Shown here: piece by piece, positions 1 to 13,670 of the stretch
How positions within the stretch are numbered: the stretch's first letter is position 1
Layout: each line of letters opens with the position of its first letter
Source of the DNA: the human T2T-CHM13v2.0 reference genome, Homo sapiens
DNA: 64,000 nt
Reading direction: 5' to 3' (one strand)
Assembly: GCF_009914755.1 (NCBI RefSeq)
Contig: NC_060926.1
The notes under the pieces: generated by a model
What the model saw: the letters and a program-made list of their open reading frames with translations, nothing else
What the model was told of the DNA's origin: nothing
Database searches by the model: none
Made by a program: the position numbers and the translations under genes

Positions 1-1428
1 ACTAAAAAAAATGCTCAGCACGAATTGGACGCTAAGGATTAAATGAAAATAAAAGGACAGTTTTGTTTCATTTTTACCTCAGATCTTTAAAGGTACTGTT
101 AGAAAAATCTAATAATTGTTTTATAACTCTTATTTGGTAGAAAAAGCTAATTATTATTAAAAATTTTAATAAAAATGAGAAAGGATTGTCGAGAAGTGAA
201 AAATTAAAAGGGAGATTTCCAATGTTGAAAAAGCACCTTTTATGAACATAAAAATCTATCAGTCTGTCCTCCCCTAACCATATTTGGATAGGATCTGACA
301 CATTAAAAGCTGGACGTTAGCCCAGTTAGCCTGAGTGAGAAGTGATTCAGGAGACACCAGACATAAACCAAATGGCTGGCCCCACAACCAGTGGGTAAAA
401 GATGCTTGCTGTCCAGCAGGGTCTGCAGAGCCAAGTGGTCACAGTGCCCAGAGAAGCCCCCTTGGGCAGGCGACCCCTACAAACCTCAGCTTCTACTCCT
501 GGGCAGAGGCTTTTACAGTCCTGAAAATGCTATGCTACAGAAGAGACATTCTGCGAGTGAAAAAAGCCATTATTCCACCCAGGAAAAAGATGATTTTTTT
601 TTCCCATAACCGCAGTGGCCATCAAAAAATGGATTCATTTTTCTTGTGCTGTACTCTGGGCCCATAAAATAGTTTCAGGATCTCAAAAAGACGATGTCGT
701 AGATGGAAGTTTTGTTGCAATGAGCCAGCCAGAAGTGAGAATGACTTTAAAAGACTGAATTTTTAAAATGCTCTAAACCCAAAGATTAAGAAAATATAAA
801 ATATTACAGATAGGTCACTCCTTTTGTGTTGTGTGAGTTAATCATGTTTATTCAATGGGTCCCACTTTAAATGCAGTATGTCAAATCCTAAAATATTATT
901 CTTAGTTCTTTTAAAATTACATGACATATTCTCTTATCAACATAGGCCAATAAAATACAAACAGGCATAATTGGTGCAAGACAACCCTTAACAGCTAGTC
1001 CAGGTTAATCCACTGGCATGGATTAGATTATGAAAGGTTTAAATAACTAATTTCAAAGTCTTACATATACATCAGGGATTTCATTTGACTAAGCTTAGTG
1101 ATTATTTGAGTGTTAACCAGAGTAAGTTGAGAGGCTATAAAACCCATGCCAAATCACATTCAATAACATGAGACCTAGGGAGGTCTAACTGGAACTGCAG
1201 AATTGACGTGAAAAAAATACTAAGGAATATTTTCATTATAGATTTATGAATGTGAAGTGGATTGGGATAGATTTTTTTTTTAAGCTAAGGGTGAAAAAAT
1301 AGAGATTTAGTGAAAATAAGTTAGGGCAAAATGGCACCTTGTGATTTAGAATTGTATGTTTTGCATCTCATACCCCTACAGAGGCTGGCTGTGCCTTAGA
1401 CACAGTAGTGATTTGCTTCTTTTGGGGG

Positions 1429-2105
<677 letters not shown>

Positions 2106-2254
2106 TTTTGGGGGATAGTTAATTCTAGTCTAAAATTCATCTTCAATAGTTGAGGAAGTAACTTTGCCAATGTGACAAAGTAAGGTAGGGGATACAAAGT
2201 TCTAAAATCAAGATTTCCTGACCACCAGGTGTTATGTTTTTTACTAATCTTTTC

Positions 2255-4190
2255 TAAAAAATTTTACGAATTTAGGGGGTACAAGTGCAGTTGTGTTACA
2301 TGGATAAATTGTGTAGTGGAAGTCTGAACTTTCAGTGTAGCCATCACCTGAAGAGTGTACATTGTATCCATTATGTAATTTCTCATCCTTCACCCCTCTC
2401 TCACTCTCCCACCATTTTGGGTCTTCAATGATTATTATCACACACTTTATGTCCATGTGTACACATTATTTAGTTCCCACTTACAAGTGAGAAATTGTGG
2501 TATTCGACGTTCTGTTTCTGTTTCTGAGTTATTTCTCTTAGGATAATGGCCTCCAGTTCCATCCATGTTTCTGCAAAAGATATGATTTCATTCCTTTTAA
2601 TAGCCACTAGTATTCCATTGTGTGTATATACCACGTTTTCTTTATCCACTCATCCACTGATGGACACTTAGGGTTGTGAATAGTGCTGATATAAACATAT
2701 AAGTGCAGGTATCTTTTTATATGATGATTTATTTTCTTTAAGGTAGATACCCAGTAGTGGAATTGCTGGGTCAAATGGTAGTTCTACTTTTAGTTCTTTG
2801 AGAACTGTCCATACCATTTTCCATAGAGTCTGTAGTGACCTACTTTCCCACAAATAGTATAAAAATGCTCTCTTTTCTCTGCATCTCACCAACATTTGTT
2901 TTTGTTTTTGGTTTTTGTCTTTTTAATAATAGTCATCTGATGAATATAAGATAATATCTCATTGTGGTTTTAATTTGCATTTCTCCAGTAATTAATGTTT
3001 AGCATTTTTTTCATTGCTTTTGGCCATTTGTATGTCTTCTTTTGAAAAATATCTATTCCTGTCCTTTGCCCACTTTTTAATGGGGTTATTTGTGGATTTT
3101 TGTTGCTGTTGTTGAGTTCCTTGTAAATTCTGGATATTCATTCCATGTCGTAGTCACAATTTGCAAATATTTTCTCCCATTCTGCAGGTTGTCTCTTCAC
3201 TCGTTTATTTCCTTTGCTGTGGAGAAGCTGTTTAGTTTTATTAAGTCCCATCTGTCAACTTTTGTTTTTGTTGCTTGTGATTTTGAGGTCTTAATCGAGA
3301 ATTATTTGAGTAGACCAATGTTCAAAAGAGGTTTCCCTAGGTTTTATTCTAGTTATTTTAATAGTTTCAGATATTACATTTAAGGCTTTGATTCATCATT
3401 ATTAATTTTTATATGTGGTGAGAGACAGGGGTCCAATTTCATTCTTCTGCATATGGCAATCCAATTTTCCCAGCACCATTTATTGAAAATGGTATTCTTA
3501 GTGTATGTTTCTGTCAACTTTGTCAAAAATCAGTTGGCTGTAGGTGTGTGGCTTCATTTCTGGGTTCTCTATTCTGTTTCTTTGACCTATGTGTCTATTT
3601 TTATAGAAGTGCCATGCTGTATTGGTTATTATTGCCTCAAAGTATAATTTGAGGTCAGGTAATGTGATGTCTAACTTTGCTCTTTTTGCTTAGAATTGCT
3701 TTGGCTATTCAGGCTCTTTTGGTTCCATATTACTTTTAGGATTTTTTTTTCCCAATTCTGTGAAAAATGACATTGGTATTTTGATAGGGATTACACTGAA
3801 TATACAGATTGCTTTAGGCAGTATAGTCATTTTAACAATATTAAGTCTTCTGATCCATGTGCATGGAATATTTTTCCATTTGTTTGTGTCATCTACAATT
3901 TCCTTAATCACTGTTTTGTAATTTTCCTCATAGAGATCTTTCATCTCTTTGGTTAAACGTATTCCCAGGGTTCTTTTGTTTGTTTTGTTTTTTTGCAGTT
4001 CATTTAAATGGGATTGACTTGTGGATTTGGTTCTCAGCTTGTTATTGGTGTATAAAAATGCCACTGATTTTTGTATTTTGATTTTGTATCCTGAAACTTT
4101 ACTAAATTTATTTATTAAATCTAAGAGTTTTTGGAGACATCGTTAGGGTTTTCTAGGCATAAGATCATATCATCAGTGAACAGAGGTAAT
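2255..4190 (-). mobile_element. Degenerate 5'-truncated LINE-1 (L1PB/L1MA-type) 3' UTR and ORF2 end
   Basis: ORF-track fragments 2668-2895 ([14 protein letters not shown]) and 3705-4064 ([20 protein letters not shown]) match L1 ORF2; many stops. Confidence 0.9.
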
Positions 4191-4454
4191 GGGCTTTAAT
4201 ATTAAGAAGTTGGGCAAAGGGGTTCACCAAGATAAGTTCTCCTTCTATACCTTCTACTCTTTCTTATGGAGAAGAGACAGAGCCATATTTTCATGAACTT
4301 TCTTGCATGTTGACTCATAATTGTTTTCCCCTTTCACATGTATAAAATATATCTGTTTCTTAAGTAAAAGCAAAATTTCTTGTCCTTCCCATATGCTTCT
4401 CTGAACCCTTTCTATAGTGCTTTGTGCATGGCTTTTGAATATAGTAGGAAATAG

Positions 4455-4685
4455 AACAGGATAGTGTTTAAGAGGTCAGACTACTTGGGAATCCAATGTC
4501 AGCTTTACCACTTATTAACTAACTGGACTTGAATAAGTTAGTTAACTCCTCTGTGCCTCAGTATCTCCACCTGTAAAATGGTTACAATAATACAATTATC
4601 TTATAAGGTTACAGGGAGAATTAAATGAATTATTCCTGAAGCTCTTAAAACAACATCTGGCATGTGGTAAGCACTACGTATGATA
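4455..4685 (+). mobile_element. MIR SINE
   Basis: Core CTCTGTGCCTCAGTATCTCCACCTGTAAAATGG followed by GAGAATTAAATGA. Confidence 0.8.
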
Positions 4686-5208
4686 AATTAAGATAAAATG
4701 CTTGCTGAATGACCAAATGTTTCTTTGCACCTACAATAATTAATATTACTCATTAATTGATGAGGTTTCCTTAACAAAGACATGGTTTGTGTCTTTGCTA
4801 AACTGTGAAAAACTCTATCTCTTCTTTGAGATAAGCAGAAAGATAAATAATAGCTATGACACATATACCTATCTTGTAAGTTGCTTTGTAATTATTTATT
4901 ACTTGCTGAAAAACTCAAGTGGGCAAGGGGAAGAACAAGGCAGTCATGTTAACATCTAAACCTTATTAAAGTTTCATCTTCTTTTAAAGTCCAGGAAGAC
5001 AAATGAGCTACCAGAGGAATTTTCTTTCCTCTGTAAGGCTTATACACGAATTTGAACATAACTATTAAAGTAAATTAAATGGGATTTAGTAAATGGCCAA
5101 ATAACACTGTGGTGGGAGCCAAGGGAGCAGACAGAAGCAAACTATCAAGTTTGGGTATGAATTTCAATGTCTAAGATGAAGTTAGACCTAGTCTAACTTC
5201 AAGACTCC

Positions 5209-5402
5209 TACGTGGTGGCTCATGCCTGTAATCCCAACACTTTGAGAGACCAAGGCAGGAGAACAGCTGGAGGCCAGGAGTTCAAGATCAGCCTGGGAAA
5301 TACAGTGAGACCCCCTTCTCTACCAAAACAAAACAAAACAAAACAAAACAAAACAAAACAAAACAAAATTAGCTGCACATAGTGGTGTGCACCTGTAAAC
5401 CC
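5209..5402 (+). mobile_element. Partial AluJ-like element with (CAAAA)n expanded linker (about 5324-5368)
   Basis: GTGGTGGCTCATGCCTGTAATCCCA left arm, pentanucleotide repeat, truncated right arm. Confidence 0.85.
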
Positions 5403-5454
5403 AATTTGATGGTATCTGGAGGCAAACAGTGGAGCCCCTGTGCAGAGCACTCTC

Positions 5455-5650
5455 CCTTTCTACCATGTGAGGACACAGCAAGCAAGAAGGCAGAACTCTG
5501 CAGACCAGAAGCAAGCTCTCCCACAACACAGAATCTGCCAGCACGTTGATTTTGGATTTCGCAGCCTCCACAACTATGAGAAAAAAATGTTTATTGTTTA
5601 CACCACATAGTCTATGGTATTTTATTATGTAAGCCCAAAATAAGACAGAG
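5455..5650 (+). mobile_element. MLT1 (ERVL-MaLR) LTR 3' fragment
   Basis: CCATGTGAGGACACAGC ... CAGCCTCCACAACTATGAG ... TCTATGGTATTTTATT ... TAAGACA end. Confidence 0.75.
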
Positions 5651-6640
5651 GCAATGAAAAAAAAAATCACACAAAACACTTTTCTTGCTCTAACACTATG
5701 ACTGTTTGATGCAGAATATTCTCAAAATTTACAATTAAACTAGATAATTTCTGGCTCTTTATGCAGATGTGATTGGCTTTGCTTGATTTGTGTTACCTGA
5801 GTTAACAAATAAAAGGTTAAAAAACCCTAAAAATATACTGTTAAAATTGTTCATATTTCAGAATCTGAAAAGTATTTTGGGAGTACAATTTAAGAAAATT
5901 AAATATAAAATATTATGATTCTCAGGAGAAGCTATGTACAGAGTTGAATAAAGCCACAGCTGCCTTCTTCATCTAGGTGAGAACAGTTCTTTAGGGTCTA
6001 GGAGCAAGCATAGCAAAGCTCTGTGGAACTCTGCCTCATGGTCATCAATAGATGTGCTCTCTATAATACAGGGGTAAATCAAACTCAGTATGATTTGCCT
6101 CATTTCTTTACTTCTCTCAGTGTTGTCTTCTCTTCTGCCCCATGTCCTTTTCCTATTATTGGTCACTATGCTGACTTTGTGACATGTCAACTTGGCTACA
6201 GTAAACTACATTTTCTCTGAATTCCCTTTGTTGTATATTTCAGATTAGGGTGAGCCACAAGAAAAATTCTTCAGAGATACGAGTCGTGGGCGTAAAACAG
6301 CAGCTGTTGTGTAGCTCACACAAGTTCTTGCTAATCTGCTGGTTTTTAAACTCGTGATCTGACTTGTCTGAGAGCATGCCTTGTGGACTTCAAGCCCCAG
6401 CATGAGATCCAGTGATAACAGCCTTGCAGAGACTACTTCCAACCTCCACAATTGTATAAGCCAGGTCCCCGTAACAAATCTCATACTGGTTCTGCTTCCC
6501 TGGTTGAAATTTGAATACAGTCACTCTATTGACCAGGACGACCCTGTTGCAGTACATGGTTGTCTGCAGTCACCTGGCTGGTAGATTCCTCCAAATCTAG
6601 GGGGAAGGACTAAAGGGCCCCCAAGAGGCTATAGTGATGA

Positions 6641-7137
6641 TGTGATAATTAATTTTATGTGTCAACTTGAGTGGGCTGAAGGATGCCCAGAAAGGTGGTA
6701 AAACATTATTTGGGAGGGTATCTATGAAGGTGTTTCAAGAAGAAATTAGCATCAAAATCTGTAGACAGAGTAAAGAAGATCTGCCCTCCCCAGTGTGGGT
6801 AGGCATCATTCCATCACTTGATGGTGCAGAAAAGGTAAAAAGGTGGAAGAAGGGCAAATTCTCTCTCTTTTTCAGCTGAGACATCCACCTTCTGCAGAAA
6901 GGCATAGGAGCTCCCGGCTCTCAAGCCTTCAGACTCTGGAACTTTTACCAGTGGCCTCCCAGTTCTCAGGACTGTGGACTTGATCTGAATTACACCACTG
7001 GCTTTCCTGGTTTTCCAGCTGCAGATGGCAGATCATGGGACTTATTCCCATGTGAGCCAATTCCCATATTAAACCTCCTCTCCTGCCTCTCTATATATCC
7101 TATAGTTTCTGTTTTTCTGAAGAATCCTGACTATACC
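6641..7137 (+). mobile_element. MLT2 (ERVL) solo LTR
   Basis: Starts TGTGATAATTAATTTTATGTGTCAACTTGA; ends TCTGTTTTTCTGAAGAATCCTGACTATAC; a related LTR fragment lies at about 6165-6520. Confidence 0.8.
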
Positions 7138-7555
7138 AACAACTTGGAAACTTAGAAGTAACAGGTAATAACAATGATGCTGCGGATACAAACATGACAG
7201 GTACACAGCATGTACTAAATGTAGGGTCCCAGTACTACAGACTCATTTTTTTCTCACCAACCACCCTATAAAATAGGTACTGTTATTTTATCTCCCTCTA
7301 TACTCTGAGGCACACATAGCTGAAATAACTCGCCAGTAAGTAGAAAGCCAAAATTAAACTCAGGTACTCTGGCTCCAGAATCTGTGCTCTTCAATACTAT
7401 TGCACCATTCCAAATCAACCTAAATGTAATGCTTTCCATCCTCTGGCTACCCTGACTTTTAGAAATTTTTCACAACAGAAAAATAGTGTGCTAGCCTGTG
7501 ACAGTGCAGCCAGGAAACTTCTGTTCTGGTCCTGATTTCACCACTGACTGGCTGT

Positions 7556-7884
7556 TGTTAAAGCAAACTAAGTATGGCCTGAGAAGGACCGCATACTTCT
7601 GTATCTGAGTGATTGTGGATGAACTGTAACCTAGCTTAACAGGCAGACTAATAGGCCTAATAACAGGCGAATAGACTAATAGGCCAAGCTCTAACCAATC
7701 CAGCCATCTGTTCCTCACTTCCAATTTCTGTACGTCACTTCCCTTTTTTTTTCCCTTCTACCATGTGGCTGCGCTGGAGTCTCTGTGAATCTGCTGTGAT
7801 AGTGGGGGCTGCCCGATTCGTGAATCATTCATTGTTCAATTAAACACCTTTAAATTTAACCTGGGTGAAGCTTTTCTTTTATCA
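7556..7884 (+). mobile_element. MER57A-like ERV1 solo LTR inserted into a MIR
   Basis: TGTTAAAGCAAACTAAGTATGGCCTGAGAAGGAC start, ...TTTTATCA end, 4-bp TSD CTGT (7552-7555 / 7885-7888). Confidence 0.8.
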
Positions 7885-9241
7885 CTGTGTAGCATTGGGC
7901 AGGTCAGGCTAACTTCCTTACTTGTAAAATGATCTCAGTGCCTTCTTCCAGCTATAAAAGTTCACAATTCTATGGTGTTAAAGTTCTGATTATGATGTTA
8001 AAAGATCCTTGGAAAAAAGCTGCTCTGTACAATAAAATTAGGTAATAAAACCTACAACTGTATATTTGACTTCCTTGCATTTATTTTTCAGCCTCTTCCT
8101 ACCTCAAAAATTATTCTGTAGCTCCCTAGGTAATTATAATAGTGATTTTTTACCCTTTCCAATTGTGAGGACCCTGTTAATCACACACATGCAAAAAGAG
8201 TTGTGAAATTCCATAGAAGAAAAATATAAAATTGTAAGTTGAGAAAAAATACGATAGAAAGACATGTTACACTTGATAATGCTTTTAAGTAAAGTTAAAT
8301 TTCACTAATTATAACAACATCTAGAGACATTTGAAAAAGAGTGCATATTCACCGTACAGGAAAAACTTTATGGAGTTACTGACCTACAGGATTCTTAACA
8401 GTTACCTCTTGGTTCTCAGTTCCCACTCAGGGCGCTCCTCACTGGTAATCACCTATTACAATTGTATGCAACTTGTTAAATGTAACTATGCTAAAAATCA
8501 ATATATGCTGAAAGCCAAAAGGAGGACTGTTTTATATGCCACAGCTTTATTTTCTTTAGACTTTACTGCCTATTTTTGTGTTGTTTTGTTTGTTTCTTTC
8601 ATGGTTTTTAAATTGACAGATTTTTGGTAAGTATTATAAAAGTTTCTGATCTGGAGAAGTATCACTCCTCTTTGTTTTTCTTTTCTTTTCTTTTTTTTGT
8701 GTGTGGGTGTGTGTATCTTCATTGTCATTTAGCGAAAGTTCCCCTAATTGTTAAAAAGCCAAGAGTAAGCATCAAGTTAGAGACAGGGAAAAAGTACAGA
8801 GTGAAAAGCAATTTTAAAAATTGCATAATCAGTCTAAGAAGAGTAGAACTGGCCACTTTTAAAGGCCAAAGTCCAAACAAGGTCTTTAAGAATTTGGTAA
8901 CACCAATGGCACTCACCAGATGGGTTAAGGCAACACTGCAATGGGAAAGGTGACAACTGCTCAGTAGAAGGCAGACATCATGTAAACAGTCGTACTAGCT
9001 GTTTTCTTGTGTCTGAGTCTATGCCTAGAAGGGGTTTACTTTTTCCACAAAAGGGGAAACATACTATGATACCCCTGAATATACATCCTAGAACTCACTG
9101 CTTAAAGAACACATAGAAAAAAACAAGGTCATGCAACCATCCCTAGGAAGTTACCAAAATTCATTCTTAGTTCCCATCTGGGGGCAACCCTGATGAGATA
9201 CTGCAAGGGAAGAAAAGAAGATTAAAGGTAAACAGGCGTAG

Positions 9242-9564
<323 letters not shown>

Positions 9565-10667
9565 TCCTCTACTTCTAACTCTCAACCACGAGCTGAAACA
9601 CCCTCACTTTTTCTATATTTTGCCACACTTCAGTTATACACAACCATGGTTTGCACTATAAATATATGGTACCTCTCTGTCTCTCCCATTAGACCATGAG
9701 TGAGGGTAGAGGAACTGGGTCTCATTCATTGATCTGTTCCTAGTTCCTAGCACGGTGTCTAACATATGGGAACTGCTCAGTGAATGGGAAATGGAATTAA
9801 ATATATCTATTAGTTTGCTCTAGAGATCCAAATTTCAGGTAGGAATCCAAGGGAAATTTTTCCAAGTATGCATAACAATTATCAAACTTTGTGTTTCTCA
9901 CGGATTGTTGATAACTGCCTTTAATTGTATTTAAAGATAGGTAGTATTCTTTTGAAATGTCAGAAAAGGCAATGGCAAAAAGCCTTCAATTTGGCTGTGA
10001 TCCCAATTAAAATTCTTCAACCCAAAAGAAATAGCTTTGATCTGATCAAAATGTATGAGTTTCTTTTTTTGTCACCATAATTTAAAGACAGAAAAATGGT
10101 ATTTAGGATTTACATATACATGTGGAGGCCAACCTCATTATGATGATTGTACTGAGAAGCCAGGAAGTTCTGAATCATAAATGTATTTTCAGAAAAGAAT
10201 TGTATTTTCAGAGGGGGAAAAAAAAGAGCTACAACAATAGCTCTAATTTAACTGGAGATGTTCACTACACAATCCCCGAAGAGCAGGATAAATTGTCGAG
10301 AGCATCAGCAGACTGTCTATTCATTTGGCATATTAGCATGAAAGGGGGCTTTTTGCCCAGTGGAGCCCAACCTCTTCTCTACAGGATCTTGCTTTTGAGA
10401 TCTTTGAAACAAGTATTTCAAATACAGCATACTGAGATTTGCTCTAATCTTAACTATGGCATTAGAAAAGTCATTATAACTTTATGCATAAGTTGTTGGT
10501 GTATGGCCAAGTCAGAAATCTTGCCCTGAGGACCAACATCTACATAATAAGAGAAAATAGATACGTGTGCAGCCAATTATTAGATACCTCTGGTGATGGC
10601 AACTAGAAACTACGTGAAGTCATGGATAATTCAACATAATAACAATCACTATATGGAAAAATGTTCC

Positions 10668-10948
10668 TGGCTCATGCCTGTAATCCCAGCAATTTTGGAG
10701 ATCCAGGCAGGTGGATCACTTGAGGTCAGGAGTTTGAGACCAGCCTGGCCAGCAGGGTGAAACCCCATCTCTACTAAAAATACAAAAACTAGCCTGACTT
10801 AGTGGCGGGTACCTGTAATCCCAGCTACTGGGGAGGCTGAGGCACGAGAATTGCTTGAACCTGGAGGTGGAGGTTGCAGTGAGTAGAGATCACGTCATTG
10901 CACTCCAGCTTGGGTGAGAGAGTGAGACTCTGTCTCGAACAAAGAAAA
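10668..10948 (+). mobile_element. AluS
   Basis: Dimeric Alu consensus, 5' end clipped. Confidence 0.92.
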
Positions 10949-11799
10949 TTTTGTAAAAAAGTAAACGATGACCCCACACTAAAACTATGAAAATCAAAGT
11001 TAAAGAAAAAAAACCTTTTAAATCAATTTATTTTACCTTAATTTATTAAAACATGTACATTTGTTAGACATTTATGAAAGACCTATTTGGTGCCAGACAA
11101 GGGTGATCATCTCTAAGACTCATAAACAAGAAGTTGTAAATGTTACCTAATGTGATGTGCCATCTCTAATGCCCTCTGGAACCCATTTGAGTGTGGAGAA
11201 CTCTGTGGCTGTCTACACAACATCCATTTCACCTCTTGTATGTGAATATATAAAAGTCATAGGATTGGTCACTACTGATTCCCTCTTCACAGGTAGCTGC
11301 CCTAATTTGTCTTATCTAATTAAGGTTATGTTATCCCCTTTGTCAAAGTGATTGGGAAATATATCCCAGGGATAAACCAATCAGTACATGGCTTTTTTCC
11401 CAGCTACAAGAGATTGGTTCAGGGAAGAGTATTTAATTGATTTTAGGTCCATGAAGGTATCTGGGAAGTGAAGGCTCCCTGGGAGCTTTTGTAAAGGATA
11501 GTTCTGCATTTCTCAGGAACTCATGTGAGAAATTTCTTGGGTGATATGTTAAGTAGATTTGTAGATTGGATTGATGACAGCCATTTATCCACCTTGAAAC
11601 AAGCCATCTTAAGAATGATGTTAACTCATGGAAAGAGAAAAGCCAAGAAAACTACACAGAAAGATGGAGCCTGAGCCTTCACCAAATTGCAGCACAAGCT
11701 CAACCTATGTCTAGACTTCTCTGAACATACGGCAGCTTGAGCCGAGTTTTTGTTACCGGCAGCCAGGGCATCTTAATTATTATAACTGTAACAGGAACT

Positions 11800-12310
11800 G
11801 TGGCATCAGAGCTGATTTCTGAAAGGAAAATAGGATTTAGACAGGTGAATGGTAGGTATGGGAATTGAGAGAGCCCTTTCTGGGACAGGAAATTATGGGA
11901 GCAAAAGCAAAGGGGTAGGAAAACACACGGTATGTTCAGGGGCGAGTCTATCACACCGGATGAGAGGTGGAAGGTGAAGCTGACAGTAGGTTGGGGGTGG
12001 TGGGGGACTTTACTGACCCTTCTGGAAAACTAACTAGTGGTGGAATGGGAGTTGGAGCAGAGGAGGAGAAGCAGATACAGGTGGTTGTTACCATCATCTG
12101 GGCCAGTGCTCACAAGGACCCTTGCTCACACCTTGGCAGTGAAGATGGAGTAGAGAGGATGAGTTCAAAGGCCATGCCAATGACAAGCTACACATGATGT
12201 GGTGTCGCACTTCATGAGAAGCAAAGAGAGTAAGAAATGGACTATGAAGTTTAAGTCTGGGGACATCTGGTAAAGGCTGGTGCCGTTAATCAGGAATGAT
12301 AATTCAGGCA
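11800..12310 (-). mobile_element. LINE-2 fragment (preceded by an MLT1-like LTR at about 11290-11790)
   Basis: Purine-rich degenerate L2 antisense pattern. Confidence 0.55.
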
Positions 12311-12320
12311 AAAGAGTTAA

Positions 12321-12646
<326 letters not shown>

Positions 12647-13207
12647 TGGAATATTTTCTATATAATTTCTTTAAAAAGTCATAGAAACAACCTAAATCCA
12701 AACTAACAAGGAGCTGAATGACTGGATAAATTATGGTACATTTCCTGAATGAGTGAAATACTCTGTAGTGAGACATTAACATTTTCCCATGTGTGACTCA
12801 CTTGTCTGATAATATTTCCATGCCAGACACACCCCCATAATAAAGGTTCCTCACTCCATGTGGCTGCACAAGGGGGTGGGTTACACGTTTATTTTTCAAC
12901 ACCATCTCTTTCTTTCTCCACCACAAATAGGTCCCTTGGCACTACACAGTTGAAAACTATTGTTTGGGAGGATGTCAAGAAAAATTCTTTAGACTTGGAG
13001 AAAAATATAACCAAAAGAAACTGTTATCTGAGTATTGAAAATTTAGAAGACTACATACACATGGAAAAAAAAGATACACACAAATGTGCTTACAGTAATT
13101 ACTTCTGAGTGGTAGGATCTAGAGTATTTTTTTCTTTTACTTTTTTATAGTTTCTATTTACTTTCTAAAATGCATATGTATCAACTTTATAATTTTACAA
13201 GGACATC

Positions 13208-13670
13208 AATTATATTGGGTTCTTCAGAAGCAGATAATGAAATGAGGGTTTGTGTGAAAATGATTTATGAGGCAGGGAATAATTTTTACCAGCTTCCTCA
13301 TTTGTTTAATAGTGATGATGTGAAAAAGAAACCAGTGAGTGAGTAGGGAAGTGAGAATCATCAAGGGAAGAGCCCCAGCAAAGGTGTCCTATTAAGCAAA
13401 GTCCCACTGAGGGTAACTTGAGATCAACTTCTGCTGACCTATAGAAGCTGGGGAATTTACTGGCCCTCCTCTAGTCAGTCACTATTAGAGAGCTGCCCCC
13501 ATAAATACGTCAATGCCCAGGAACTTCTGGTTCTTCTTGCAGGTAGGAAAATGTGGGGACAGAGAGGCTGCCCAAAGAGACACAGGTGCTGGCTGCTAGG
13601 AGTAGGCATGGGCATGGTAAAGGGATCTGAGGGAATATGCACGGAACAACGACCGCATTTGCTGGAGATG
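13208..13670. mobile_element. Old MLT1 (MLT1I/J-like) LTR carrying a 54-bp foreign insert
   Basis: TTGGGTTCTTCAGAAGCAGA ... CCAGTGAGTGAGTAGGGAAGTGAG ... AAGGGATCTGAGGG; paralogous to the LTR near 45775. Confidence 0.65.

Noticed and set aside
3860-4190. Similarity to 59335-59650
   Set aside because: Both are independent diverged L1 ORF2 copies, not a local duplication
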